DNA of 64,000 nucleotides from Fimbriimonadaceae bacterium (GCA_040902435.1 JBBDXG010000019.1:42779-106778); one strand, 5' to 3'; shown: positions 27,495-36,167, counted from the stretch's first letter. Numbers and translations are program-made. The notes: generated from the letters alone by a model not told the origin.

Positions 27495-28354
27495 TGAATC
27501 GCTGGTGGCTGCTTTTTCTCGGGCTCGTCCTGCTCGGTTGCGGCGGTGGGGGCGGCCCGGCGCCCGTCGTTGCGGTCCTTGTCGGCCGCGTGCTGTGGAT
27601 CGAATCGAACGCCGCGCCCGACCCGGTCGCGAGCGTCACCTCCGGCGGCAACTCGACGACGACCGACGTCGTGGACGGGTCGTTCCAGCTCGACACCGCA
27701 CTCGGCGCGACGAATGCGACGATCAGCTGGTCCGACGGCGGGGCTCCGGTCGTGTTCACGTTCACCTTTCCGCCCGCGAGCGGGGTCGTGGACATCGGCG
27801 ACGTCTACATCGGCCCGGACACCGTCACCGTGCACGGGACTGTGATTGACTCTTCGAGCGGGCTCCCCGTCGAGGGCGCGCTCGTCAAGCTCGCTGGCCG
27901 GTCCGCCATAACCGCCGCGAACGGCGAGTTCAACGTGCTCGACGTCGCCTACTCGAACGCGGCCCCGGCCGCTTTCGGCGACCTGATCGGCGAGGTCTCG
28001 ATGGTCCTTTACGTCACCCGCCAGTTCAGTCCGCCGGTCAACGCCGTCGCGGGCGTGGTCGAGGTCGGAACGCTCCAGATCACGCCCGAGAGCGCGGGCG
28101 ACCCCCCGCCGCTACCGGCCAACATCACCGGCCGGATCCTGCCTCTGCCCGCTGGCGCAGGGGCCCTGGTAGAGCTACTGGACGGCCCGACGGTCATCCG
28201 TTCGACGATCGCCGACGGGGCCGGGGAGTACCGGTTCTGGGTGGGAGTCGGGACCTATACTGTGCGGGCCACGAGCGGGCTGCTGACTGGGTCCGAGAGT
28301 GTCACGGTAACCTCGCAGAACGTCCAACAGGTTGTAGATGTTCAGATCAGCTAG
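27491..28354 (+). CDS. Lipoprotein with CarboxypepD_reg-like domains
   Basis: The N-terminus MMNRWWLLFLGLVLLGCGGGGG carries a lipobox. VHGTVIDSSSGLPVEGALVKLAGRSAITAANGEFNV and ITGRILP...DGAGEYRFWVGVGTYTVRA follow. Its ATGA overlaps the preceding gene. Confidence 0.65.
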   Translation: MMNRWWLLFLGLVLLGCGGGGGPAPVVAVLVGRVLWIESNAAPDPVASVTSGGNSTTTDVVDGSFQLDTALGATNATISWSDGGAPVVFTFTFPPASGVVDIGDVYIGPDTVTVHGTVIDSSSGLPVEGALVKLAGRSAITAANGEFNVLDVAYSNAAPAAFGDLIGEVSMVLYVTRQFSPPVNAVAGVVEVGTLQITPESAGDPPPLPANITGRILPLPAGAGALVELLDGPTVIRSTIADGAGEYRFWVGVGTYTVRATSGLLTGSESVTVTSQNVQQVVDVQIS

Positions 28355-29711
28355 ACCCTGGCTACGAAACGCCCTCCTGGTCCTTGGCGGAGCAGGGGTG
28401 GTCGGCATGGCTTGGGTCAGCCTCGCGCAGATCCTGAAGGTGGACGCCTTCGCCAAGTTCGGGCCGACCGGCGTCCCCGTCGGCGCGGAAGCCGGCGTCA
28501 CGCTGACGAACTTTCGCATGAAGGCCTATGAGGGCGGTCGGCTCGCGGCGGAGGCCGTGATGGACGGCGTCGAGGTGCGGCGCGACAGGTCGCAGATGGC
28601 CATGACCGGCGTGCGCGACGGCAAGTTCTACGAGTCGGGCGGCGAGACTTACTCCTTCGACATGCCGAGCGCGACGTTCCACTATTTCCAGGACCGGCTC
28701 TCCGCCGAGAGCGGCGCGCACGTCGTCGGCAAGGACATGGACCTCACGTCCGACAAGTTCAACTACGACAAGACTTCGAAGACTCTGCTCGTGCGCGGAA
28801 CTGTGCAGGGCGAGCTGCACGGCGGCGCCGTCAAGGCCGACGACCTTACCATCGTGTCGTCGTCCAAGGCGCTGAGCGCGAACAACATCCGCTGGATCGG
28901 CGAGGTCGAGCTCGAGCAGGACGGCCAGCGCAGACAGTGGGAAATCGTTGGCAAACACATGTCACGCAGCGCGGACGGCAAGACCGACATCTACACCAAG
29001 GTCCGTGCGACCGACGGCGAGATCATCGTGATCGCCGACAAGGGCGAGTACACGAAGGAGACGGACGTGCTCGTCGCGACCGGGAACGTCCGGTACTGGG
29101 GCGTGGACGCGAACATGACGTGCGACACAGCCACCGTGTACCGGAAGGAAAGGCGTGCGGTGATGACCGGCGTCGTGCGGATGATGATCAAGTCGGAGGA
29201 CGACGAGAAGGTCGTCGAGTCTGAGATTCCCGCCATTGAACGCGTGACGAAGGAGTCTCTCAAGACAAACCCGCAGGGCGCGACGGAGGAGCAGATCAAG
29301 GTCCTGCGCGACTCTGACAACATCCGCAAGTTCCCGATCAAGGTCGTCTCCGACAAGATCGAGTATTGGTACAAGAAGGGCGAGCGAAGAGCGGTGATCA
29401 CGGGCAGCCCGTTCGCCAGGCAGGACTTTTCCGACGGATGGCGCATCGGATGGGCGGTCGAGGCGTTCTACGACGGCGAGGCCGAAAAGCTGACGCTCAA
29501 GAGCAAAGCGGCCGAGAAGGACGTGATCATCATGGTCTCGATCGGTGACGTCTTCAACGCCGTGGACATCGTCCTCTCGACCAAGGAGGGCGACAAGTCG
29601 TTCGACGGCAACAAGATCGCTGCGCTTTACTACACTTCGCCCGACGAGGTCCCTACTCGCAACACTGGCGGCGGTACTGGCGGCGGCGCGACGACCGGCG
29701 GTCGCCCGTAA
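28338..29711 (+). CDS. Membrane-anchored LptC/LptA (OstA)-like beta-jellyroll repeat protein
   Basis: The N-terminal TM helix is ALLVLGGAGVVGMAWV. Repeated OstA-like strings follow: SDKFNYDKTSKTLLVRGTV, ADKGEYTKETDVLVATGNVRY and SDKIEYWYKKGERRAVITG. The tail is Gly-rich. The assignment rests on pattern only. Confidence 0.45.
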   Translation: MFRSARPWLRNALLVLGGAGVVGMAWVSLAQILKVDAFAKFGPTGVPVGAEAGVTLTNFRMKAYEGGRLAAEAVMDGVEVRRDRSQMAMTGVRDGKFYESGGETYSFDMPSATFHYFQDRLSAESGAHVVGKDMDLTSDKFNYDKTSKTLLVRGTVQGELHGGAVKADDLTIVSSSKALSANNIRWIGEVELEQDGQRRQWEIVGKHMSRSADGKTDIYTKVRATDGEIIVIADKGEYTKETDVLVATGNVRYWGVDANMTCDTATVYRKERRAVMTGVVRMMIKSEDDEKVVESEIPAIERVTKESLKTNPQGATEEQIKVLRDSDNIRKFPIKVVSDKIEYWYKKGERRAVITGSPFARQDFSDGWRIGWAVEAFYDGEAEKLTLKSKAAEKDVIIMVSIGDVFNAVDIVLSTKEGDKSFDGNKIAALYYTSPDEVPTRNTGGGTGGGATTGGRP

Positions 29712-29774
29712 CTGCCAGTCCCGGAGACCTTCGTCAGTGCGAAGCGGATCGCCCTTGCCTGGCTGATTTGCCCG

Positions 29775-30194
29775 CTATGGTTCGTTCGCTAGTAACTTCT
29801 GCCCTTCCCTAAAGTACAGAACGTAGACTCTTCTTCCCTGCAAGCTGATCTCGGATGGTGACTTCCGGAGCCTGCTCTTCGGCGTCAAGTCGATAGACAG
29901 TGTGTTTCCTTGCCAAGCAAGTCTTGGCGTCCCGCCATCCTGGACAACGACTTGAGCACCGCGCCAATATGTCGGCGCATAGCCACGAGCAACGACGATG
30001 TGATAGCCAAACGACGACATTGCTCCCGGATTAGATCGATAGATGACAGCCTTTACTGAGCTGTCACGATTACGCACCACTTGATGGCGCTCAGTGAGTA
30101 GCAGTGCGATGCAACCTTCCGGCAACACACAGCAGAATACGGTGCAAAGGAGCAACACTCTGACCACCTTCAACCACTTCGACTTCTTCCGCAT
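29775..30194 (-). CDS. Hypothetical membrane-anchored protein (139 aa) in an AT-richer patch
   Basis: MRKKSKWLKVVRVLLLCTVFCCVL... forms an N-terminal anchor. Local composition is visibly AT-richer than the flanks. I recognise no family. Confidence 0.35.
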   Translation of the reverse strand: MRKKSKWLKVVRVLLLCTVFCCVLPEGCIALLLTERHQVVRNRDSSVKAVIYRSNPGAMSSFGYHIVVARGYAPTYWRGAQVVVQDGGTPRLAWQGNTLSIDLTPKSRLRKSPSEISLQGRRVYVLYFREGQKLLANEP

Positions 30195-30200
30195 CCGAAA

Positions 30201-30785
30201 TCAGCACCCCGATTGGCGCGAACCAGTCCCACTCAATCCCAATGATTCCGCGCTCCCGCGCAACGCCGCGATACAGTTCGCGACGTGCTCCTCGAGCGGG
30301 ACGCCGATCAGCTCCGCACCTATGTACACGTCCTCTCGCTTGACGCCGGCCGCAAACGCGGGGGTCTTCAGCTTCTTCGTCACACTTTTCACCTCAACCT
30401 CGTGGACGCTCTTCGACGGCCGCACGTACGTGACCGCGAAGATGAAGCCGCTCAGTTCGTCGCACGCGTAGAGGTGCTTGTCCATCGTCGCCGTCGGCTC
30501 GATGCCCGTCTTCGCGGTGTAGTGCGAACCGATCGCTGTGACGATCTCCTCCGGCCAACCGAGCGAGCGCAAGAGCGCCATCCCCCACAGCGGGTGTTCG
30601 TCCGGGTGCTGCTCGTAGTCGAAGTCGTGCAGCAGTCCCGCGATGCCCCACGCCTCGACGTCCTCGCCGAGCCGCTGCGCGTACCAGCGCATGCACGCCT
30701 CGACGCCCATGCAGTGCCGCCGCAACGCGTCGCTCGGCGTGTGCTCGCACAGAAGAAGGAACGCGTCCTCGCGGGTGTGCCCCAT
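30201..30785 (-). CDS. HD/HDIG-domain metal-dependent phosphohydrolase
   Basis: [15 protein letters not shown]..., GLLHDFDY (HD motif) and the overall layout match the small HDIG proteins. I use ATG 30785 ([11 protein letters not shown]...); the track ORF starts at 30935. Confidence 0.7.
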   Translation of the reverse strand: MGHTREDAFLLLCEHTPSDALRRHCMGVEACMRWYAQRLGEDVEAWGIAGLLHDFDYEQHPDEHPLWGMALLRSLGWPEEIVTAIGSHYTAKTGIEPTATMDKHLYACDELSGFIFAVTYVRPSKSVHEVEVKSVTKKLKTPAFAAGVKREDVYIGAELIGVPLEEHVANCIAALRGSAESLGLSGTGSRQSGC

Positions 30786-30833
30786 CGCAGGCCATTCTAC
30801 GCGAAAGCTCCCCGATGGACGTATACTTTGCTC

Positions 30834-31073
30834 ATGGAGCACTCGGCCCAGAAGGTCTGGAAGGACCTCATCTGGCAAGATAACGACAGGATGAGCGGGG
30901 CGCCATGCATCTATGGCACCCGAGTCCGCGTACAAGACCTGTTCGATTGGCTTGCTGGCGGTGGCTCGTTGGACGAGTTCCTAGTTACCTATCCGCTCAT
31001 CCCCCGTGAGCGCGCCGTTGCAATTCTAAAGCTGGCCGAGCAAGACCTCCTAAAGGAATTTGACGTCGCGTGA
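30834..31073 (+). CDS. DUF433 domain protein (putative antitoxin)
   Basis: This is the C-terminal part of track ORF 30285..31073. The product [65 protein letters not shown] fits the DUF433 pattern (GxPxIxGTRIxV...YP). Confidence 0.75.
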   Translation: MEHSAQKVWKDLIWQDNDRMSGAPCIYGTRVRVQDLFDWLAGGGSLDEFLVTYPLIPRERAVAILKLAEQDLLKEFDVA

Positions 31074-31393
31074 GGCGAGTGTTCCTCGACGAGAACGTAG
31101 ATCTCGCCCTCTCGGCCGCACTTGTGGGATTCGAAGTCGAGTCGGTTCGTTCGCTCGGCCTCTCTGGAATCTCAAACGGCGAACTGATCGCGCGAATCGA
31201 GAAGGACTTCGACGTGTTCATCTCGCACGACAGGGGACTCCCACACCAACAGCAGTGGTCGGGCCGCGACCTAGCCTGCATCGTCTTGGACTCGCGCAGC
31301 ACGAGGTTCGCCTCCTACAATGAAGGGCTCCAAGTTCTGGTAGACGCAGTCAACGGCGCATCGCCTGGATCCGTCCAAGTTCTCAAGCTATGA
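31070..31393 (+). CDS. DUF5615 (PIN-like, Mut7-C-related) protein, putative toxin
   Basis: VFLDENVDLALSAAL..., ISHDRG and the 107-aa size fit DUF5615. Its GTGA overlaps the DUF433 gene, which is the classic DUF433/DUF5615 pairing. Confidence 0.7.
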   Translation: MRRVFLDENVDLALSAALVGFEVESVRSLGLSGISNGELIARIEKDFDVFISHDRGLPHQQQWSGRDLACIVLDSRSTRFASYNEGLQVLVDAVNGASPGSVQVLKL

Positions 31394-31704
31394 GCGCAGT
31401 TCCAACGATGCGGTTCCGCGAGATGAAGCCAGAAGCTGGCTTAGCGCGCTTCGTCGCCTGCTACTGGGAGTTCGTCGTCGGGCCCGAAACGCCGGTCGGG
31501 CACGTGCACACGATCCCGCCAGACGGCTGCGTATCGGTCTCCTGCATGGCAGGGCACGGGTCGCCCGGCATGGTCGGCCCGCGCCTCGAGAGCCTGCACC
31601 AAGTCCTTCGAGATGTCGCTGAAGAAAGCCTGCTGAACGCACCAATGGAGGGCCGACCTCCCGGGCGGCCAAGGGCGGTATCCTCCCACCGATGCTCGCC
31701 CTGA
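31390..31704 (+). pseudogene. AraC-family N-terminal (DUF6597-like) fragment lacking the HTH domain; reading frame runs into a REP element
   Basis: ...LARFVACYWEFVVGPETPVGHVHTIPPDGCVSV...MVGPRLES resembles the N-terminal sensor region of AraC-type regulators. No HTH_18 part follows. The last 20 or so codons are the REP copy. Its ATGA overlaps the toxin stop. Confidence 0.3.
31642..31675. repeat. Single copy of the 34-bp REP-like element
   Basis: CCAATGGAGGGCCGACCTCCCGGGCGGCCAAGGG is near-identical to the units at 36168-36303. It contains the GGAGG-N5-CCTCC inverted repeat. Confidence 0.7.
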
Positions 31705-32282
31705 TCGTTGCGCTCGTCCTTTCGCAAGACGCCAAGCCGGTCAAGATCTTCGACGGCAAGACGCTCGAAGGCTGGACGGCGGTTGGCGGCGGCGTGTGGA
31801 CCGTCGAAGACGGCGCGATCGTCGGTCGCAGCAAGCCAGGGCAACAACAGGGCCTGCTCGTCTTCAAAGACCCTGTCAAAGACTTCGACGCAACGATGAA
31901 GTTCAAGATCAGCGCGGGCGACAGCGGCTTCTATTTCCGCGTCAACCTCATTGACAAGGACCCGTTCTGCGAGGGCTTCCAAGTCGAGATAGACACGAGC
32001 GCAGAGACCGGCGGCATCTACGAGACCGAGGGCCGCGGCTGGGTCGCGTTCCCCGACGCGAAGCTGCACGAGGCTTCGAAGTACAAGGCCGGCGAGTGGG
32101 CGGAGCTGATCGTTCGCGCGAACGGCGACCACTACGTCGTCATCGTCAACGGAACCACGATCACGGACGTTCGCGATGCACAGGGCCGCCGCGAGGGCCG
32201 GCTAGCGCTCCAGCTCCACGGCAACATGGAAATGGACGTGATGTTCAAGGACATCGTCTTCAAGCCGCTCCCTACTGAATGA
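31692..32282 (+). CDS. DUF1080 (3-keto-disaccharide hydrolase-like, concanavalin fold) protein
   Basis: IFDGKTLEGWTAVGGGVWTVEDGAIVG..., GFYFRV, EVEIDT-like FQVEID and ALQLHG...VMFKDIVFKPL are typical DUF1080 strings. The N-terminal signal appears truncated, so the start is uncertain. Confidence 0.75.
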   Translation: MLALIVALVLSQDAKPVKIFDGKTLEGWTAVGGGVWTVEDGAIVGRSKPGQQQGLLVFKDPVKDFDATMKFKISAGDSGFYFRVNLIDKDPFCEGFQVEIDTSAETGGIYETEGRGWVAFPDAKLHEASKYKAGEWAELIVRANGDHYVVIVNGTTITDVRDAQGRREGRLALQLHGNMEMDVMFKDIVFKPLPTE

Positions 32283-32310
32283 CTCCGGCCAGCGCGGGTA
32301 AACACGCTGG

Positions 32311-33930
32311 ATGTTCGCCTTTGAGACCTGGCTGAACCCGATCAAGCTGAGCAGCGACCGCATCCTGGAAGTCCGACGCGACGTCGAGGACATGAGCACG
32401 CCGGTCCGCTCCTACTTCGTCCTTGTGGTGCTTTCGACGGCGATCGCGTCCTACGGCCTCCTTGCTGGCTCGACGGCCGTTGTGATCGGTGCGATGCTCG
32501 TCGCACCCCTCATGGGCCCTATCTTCGGAGTCGCTCTGGGGCTGATCACAGGCTCCCGAAGGCTGCTCTTCCGCTCGGGCTTTTCGGAGTCAATCGGCGT
32601 GTTCCTGGTCGTTCTGATCTCCCTGCTTATCGCTAAGTTCGGCCCTGGCGTCGAGCTCGGCCCAGAGATCCTCTCGCGCACCCGCCCGACCATCCTCGAC
32701 CTTGCCATCGCGCTTGCCAGCGGACTGGTCGGCGCCTTCGCACTGGCCAACGAGCGGACCAACGCCGCCCTGCCCGGCGTGGCCATTTCGACCGCCTTGG
32801 TCCCTCCGCTGGCGGCTTGTGGCATCTGCCTCGGATTCGGCCAATGGGCGCTGGCCGGGGGTGCTTTCGTGCTCTTTTTGGCCAACTTCCTCGCCATCGA
32901 GCTGGCGGCTGCGCTGGTCTTCACGATTTACGGCATGCGCCGCGAACGGGCGAGCTCGGGCTTTGGGGCGTTCGTCCGCCAGTTCGGGCTGAGCGGGGTG
33001 CTCTTGCTCGTGATGTCCTTCTTCCTCTACCGCGCCCTCGCTTCGACGATCGAGCAGAGCCGGCTCCACTCCAAGGTTGGCGGCGTCTTGGCGACCCTTG
33101 CCACCGAAATCCCAGGCGCCCGCCTCGACACGTACTCTATCGAGAAGCGGCCCAGGGGCACTGACGTCGCTGCGGTCTTCCTCACCCCGAGCGCGTTCGG
33201 CAGCGACTCCGTCTCGGCGATCGAGGGGCGCCTGCGTGCAGAGGTCAGCGAAGACATCAGGCTCGTCGTTCGCAGCCTAATCTCTTCGGACTCCGACAGT
33301 CGTGGGCCGGTCTACGTTCCAGAGGAGCGACGGGAGAAGCAAGCGGCCGCCGAACGGCGCGCAGAGTACTTCGCCTCGCTACGCAGAACCATTGACGATT
33401 ACCTCGACACTCTTCCCGGCGCCGAGCTCGCCAACCTCTTCATTCCCGCCGAGCTGCCTGAGACGAACGTCACTGCGGTCGTCAATACTCCAATGGCGCT
33501 CGCGCCGGAGCAGGTCGCTGCGCTTCAAAACCTTTTGCGAAAAGCGACGGGCCGCGAAGTCTCGCTCACCGTCCGCTCGTTGCTCACCATTGACGCCAAC
33601 TTCGAGAAGTACATCTACACCGCGGCCAAGCCTCCGGAGCCGACCGCAGAGGAGCGGCGCATGATCGAGCGACTCAGGGCGGCGTTCAAGAACCAACTCT
33701 CACGAAGGCAGCCGGGCGCATTTCTAGTGAACTTGACCGTGACGGAGGAAGAAGGTCGGTGGAAGGTGCGCGGGATCTGCCGCAGTCCGGCCGCGATCAC
33801 TCCCGAAATGGTGAAGGAGATCGAGGACGACGTGCAAGAGTACATCGCGCCAAACATTGACCTCGTCGTGCGCACTTTGCTCGAAGCCGACGCGTCGTCG
33901 AGCCGATACCTCATCGCCGAGGACGAATAG
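32311..33930 (+). CDS. DUF389 / TIGR00341-type membrane protein with a long C-terminal soluble extension
   Basis: SYFVLVVLSTAIASYGLLAGSTAVVIGAMLVAPLMGPI... is followed by several more TM helices and then about 280 aa of soluble repeats. Confidence 0.7.
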   Translation: MFAFETWLNPIKLSSDRILEVRRDVEDMSTPVRSYFVLVVLSTAIASYGLLAGSTAVVIGAMLVAPLMGPIFGVALGLITGSRRLLFRSGFSESIGVFLVVLISLLIAKFGPGVELGPEILSRTRPTILDLAIALASGLVGAFALANERTNAALPGVAISTALVPPLAACGICLGFGQWALAGGAFVLFLANFLAIELAAALVFTIYGMRRERASSGFGAFVRQFGLSGVLLLVMSFFLYRALASTIEQSRLHSKVGGVLATLATEIPGARLDTYSIEKRPRGTDVAAVFLTPSAFGSDSVSAIEGRLRAEVSEDIRLVVRSLISSDSDSRGPVYVPEERREKQAAAERRAEYFASLRRTIDDYLDTLPGAELANLFIPAELPETNVTAVVNTPMALAPEQVAALQNLLRKATGREVSLTVRSLLTIDANFEKYIYTAAKPPEPTAEERRMIERLRAAFKNQLSRRQPGAFLVNLTVTEEEGRWKVRGICRSPAAITPEMVKEIEDDVQEYIAPNIDLVVRTLLEADASSSRYLIAEDE

Positions 33931-33935
33931 CGGCG

Positions 33936-35747
33936 TCAGAGCATCGTTGACTTTCGCGCCACGACGAACGCGTCGCGCTCGCGGCCGCGCAGCTCGATCG
34001 TGCGGTTGCCGTCGCGGACGAACACCGACTCCTGTCCTTGTCCGTGCCTGTCCTTCCAGACCAGGTACGTGACGCCTGGCTGCGGTGAAACCGCCACGAC
34101 GCACACGACCTGGCCCTGCATCTCCTCGAACCGCAACGCAACGCCGCCGAGCGGCAGGGGATCGAGCGCGTTCTTCATGAACTCCCGCAGACGGGACTCG
34201 AACTCATCTTCTGACTGGCCCGGATCCATCCCAACCGGCACCCCCTTGTCGTCCACGCCTATGTACAAGTCTCCACCGTCAGAGTTCAGGAAAGCCGCTA
34301 TCGTGCGCAGCGTGCCGTGCCGCATCTCCGGGCTCGCCGCCCCGCGGCGCGGATCCCACTCGAAGCTCGCCTTGTACTCCACTTCTGGACCTTCCTTCGG
34401 CAACTTTGTCTTGGCGCCCTCCAGCGCACCACCGCGGCGGACGACCTTTCGCAGGTCGGGCAGCTCGCTCGGCCCCGCGTCCGACGAGACCAACGAAAGC
34501 GCCAATCGAAACTGTGCGACCTGCACCGCGAGCTCGTCGCGGTCGAGGCCGCGCAAGTTCTCCGATGCGATGCGTCGCTTCAACTTCGCACGGTCAACAG
34601 GAATGCCGAGCGCGACTTCCGTGCGCGCGGCGATGTCGGTCAGCTCCTCGAGCGCAGCAACGAGGAACGTGCCGTTGCCGCACGATTCGTCGAAGACGTG
34701 CAGGTCTCGCAGTCCCTCCTGCCACGTCAAAAGTGTCGCGCGGTCGGTGGGAAGCTCGAGCGACTCATGGGCGCCCAGGTGCGACGCGACCACGCGCCTG
34801 CATGCGCGCCTGTCCGCGACCGTGTCCACGTAAACGGGTACGTCGCCATCGGTGAGGAACGCGCCGAGCACTGCGCCCATCGCTTCCGGCGTCACAGCAA
34901 CGACCGACTCGTTAGGCGCGCTTTCCGAAACTGAGAACGCGTACCGCGTCAACAGACCGTCTTGCGCGAACAGGTCGTTGCTGAGTTCTGGCGGCAGCAC
35001 TGCTGTACCGTTCTTCGTCATGAACTCCTTCTCGAACTGCTCCGGAGCGAAAAGCCCACCACCGATGTACGGAACAAACCCATTTTGCTCCGACAAGAAC
35101 TCGCGCGCTGCAGCGCGCGGCTCGTCGAGCGCGTTGAAGAACACGAGCGCCAGTCGCTGATAGAACGTCCGTGCGCCAGGCGACTCCGTCCAGTCCTCGT
35201 ACAGCGCTTGCAGATAGTCGCGGCGCCCGCGAAACTCCATCCAGCCCTTCGTCTGCAAGAACGCGCCGAGCAGGATGCGCAACAAGAACCGGTTGAGGAT
35301 CGCGCGCGCGTCGCCTTCACCAATTGGTCGGCGGCCCGCCACCAGGGATCCCTTGTACTTCTCGAACACTCGGCGGTAGTCGAAGAGAAACCCGCGAGCC
35401 ACGGCGCGAGGGTCGAAGCACTCCGATAGCCCAACGCCCGGGCGCCCCTCGCGGACAGCCGGCACGTTCTTCAGGACAACCAGGCGCTCGATCGAGGACG
35501 CCGGGGGCCGGATTCGGTCTATTGGCAGGCGATAGCGCCGCCCGCCGTCGCGCCACACCAGCTCTATGGCGCGCTCGGACCCGAGCGCCACGATCTCCCC
35601 GTCCCCTTCTTCCGACACGACCCGGACCCCGCCGCGTTCGGCGATCGCAGAGTCGGACCTCTCCCAGCCGAGTCCATCAACGAAGAGGCGTTCTACGGCC
35701 TCGGCGGCCGTACCACCGTGCTGCAGGGCCTCGACGATCCCACGCAT
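33936..35747 (-). CDS. Fusion protein: PglX/MmeI-like (type IIG) methyltransferase helical + SAM-binding module without catalytic motif IV, fused to a C-terminal AlbA_2 (Schlafen-type) domain
   Basis: The MTase-like part has ILNRFLLRILLGAFLQTKGW, FYQRLALVFFNALD, FVPYIGGGLF (compare IPYLNGGLF), TPEAMGAVLGAFL, motif I VFDESCGNGTFL, NLRGLDRDELAVQVAQFRLAL and LPDLRKVVRRGGAL. No NPPY/DPPY follows. Instead comes EVEYKASFEWDP...TIAAFLNSDGGDLYIGVDDKGVPVG, the AlbA_2 signature. Confidence 0.65.
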   Translation of the reverse strand: MRGIVEALQHGGTAAEAVERLFVDGLGWERSDSAIAERGGVRVVSEEGDGEIVALGSERAIELVWRDGGRRYRLPIDRIRPPASSIERLVVLKNVPAVREGRPGVGLSECFDPRAVARGFLFDYRRVFEKYKGSLVAGRRPIGEGDARAILNRFLLRILLGAFLQTKGWMEFRGRRDYLQALYEDWTESPGARTFYQRLALVFFNALDEPRAAAREFLSEQNGFVPYIGGGLFAPEQFEKEFMTKNGTAVLPPELSNDLFAQDGLLTRYAFSVSESAPNESVVAVTPEAMGAVLGAFLTDGDVPVYVDTVADRRACRRVVASHLGAHESLELPTDRATLLTWQEGLRDLHVFDESCGNGTFLVAALEELTDIAARTEVALGIPVDRAKLKRRIASENLRGLDRDELAVQVAQFRLALSLVSSDAGPSELPDLRKVVRRGGALEGAKTKLPKEGPEVEYKASFEWDPRRGAASPEMRHGTLRTIAAFLNSDGGDLYIGVDDKGVPVGMDPGQSEDEFESRLREFMKNALDPLPLGGVALRFEEMQGQVVCVVAVSPQPGVTYLVWKDRHGQGQESVFVRDGNRTIELRGRERDAFVVARKSTML

Positions 35748-35864
35748 TGACCTGTATTCTGCCGGTTACAGGCTCCCGGGATGCAAGATGCAACGGTCCC
35801 AGACCGCCAGTAAAAGTGCCCGGATTGACCGCCCCGGGCCCGCCTTGAACCTGCGGGCTAATTC

Positions 35865-36080
35865 CTAGGGCAGCGAACCGCCGTCCCAGGCGTGCTCGGG
35901 ATCGGGGACGAAGGTGGTCGAAACCCCCGCGTCCTGGTGCCCGGACGTATAAAAGACCGTCAAAAGCCAGCCGCCCGGGATCTTCGACCGCAGGGCGGTG
36001 GAGTAGGTGAACTCGTGCTTGGGCTCGGCGATCGCGAGCTTCTCCCAGTGGAGCTTCGTTTGTGACTCGACCATGGCCAT
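35865..36080 (-). CDS. Small hypothetical protein (71 aa)
   Basis: The product is MAMVESQTKLHWEKLAIAEPKHEFTYSTALRSKIPGGWLLTVFYTSGH... with balanced composition. It lies upstream of, and co-oriented with, the MTase-like/AlbA_2 gene. I recognise no family. Confidence 0.35.
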   Translation of the reverse strand: MAMVESQTKLHWEKLAIAEPKHEFTYSTALRSKIPGGWLLTVFYTSGHQDAGVSTTFVPDPEHAWDGGSLP

Positions 36081-36167
36081 TGCTCTGTACTCCGGCGGCG
36101 AGACTGCCGCCTACCGGGTTTGACGAAGGTTTTGAGCCGAAAGTCGAGATTGTTCGGCACAAAATCG

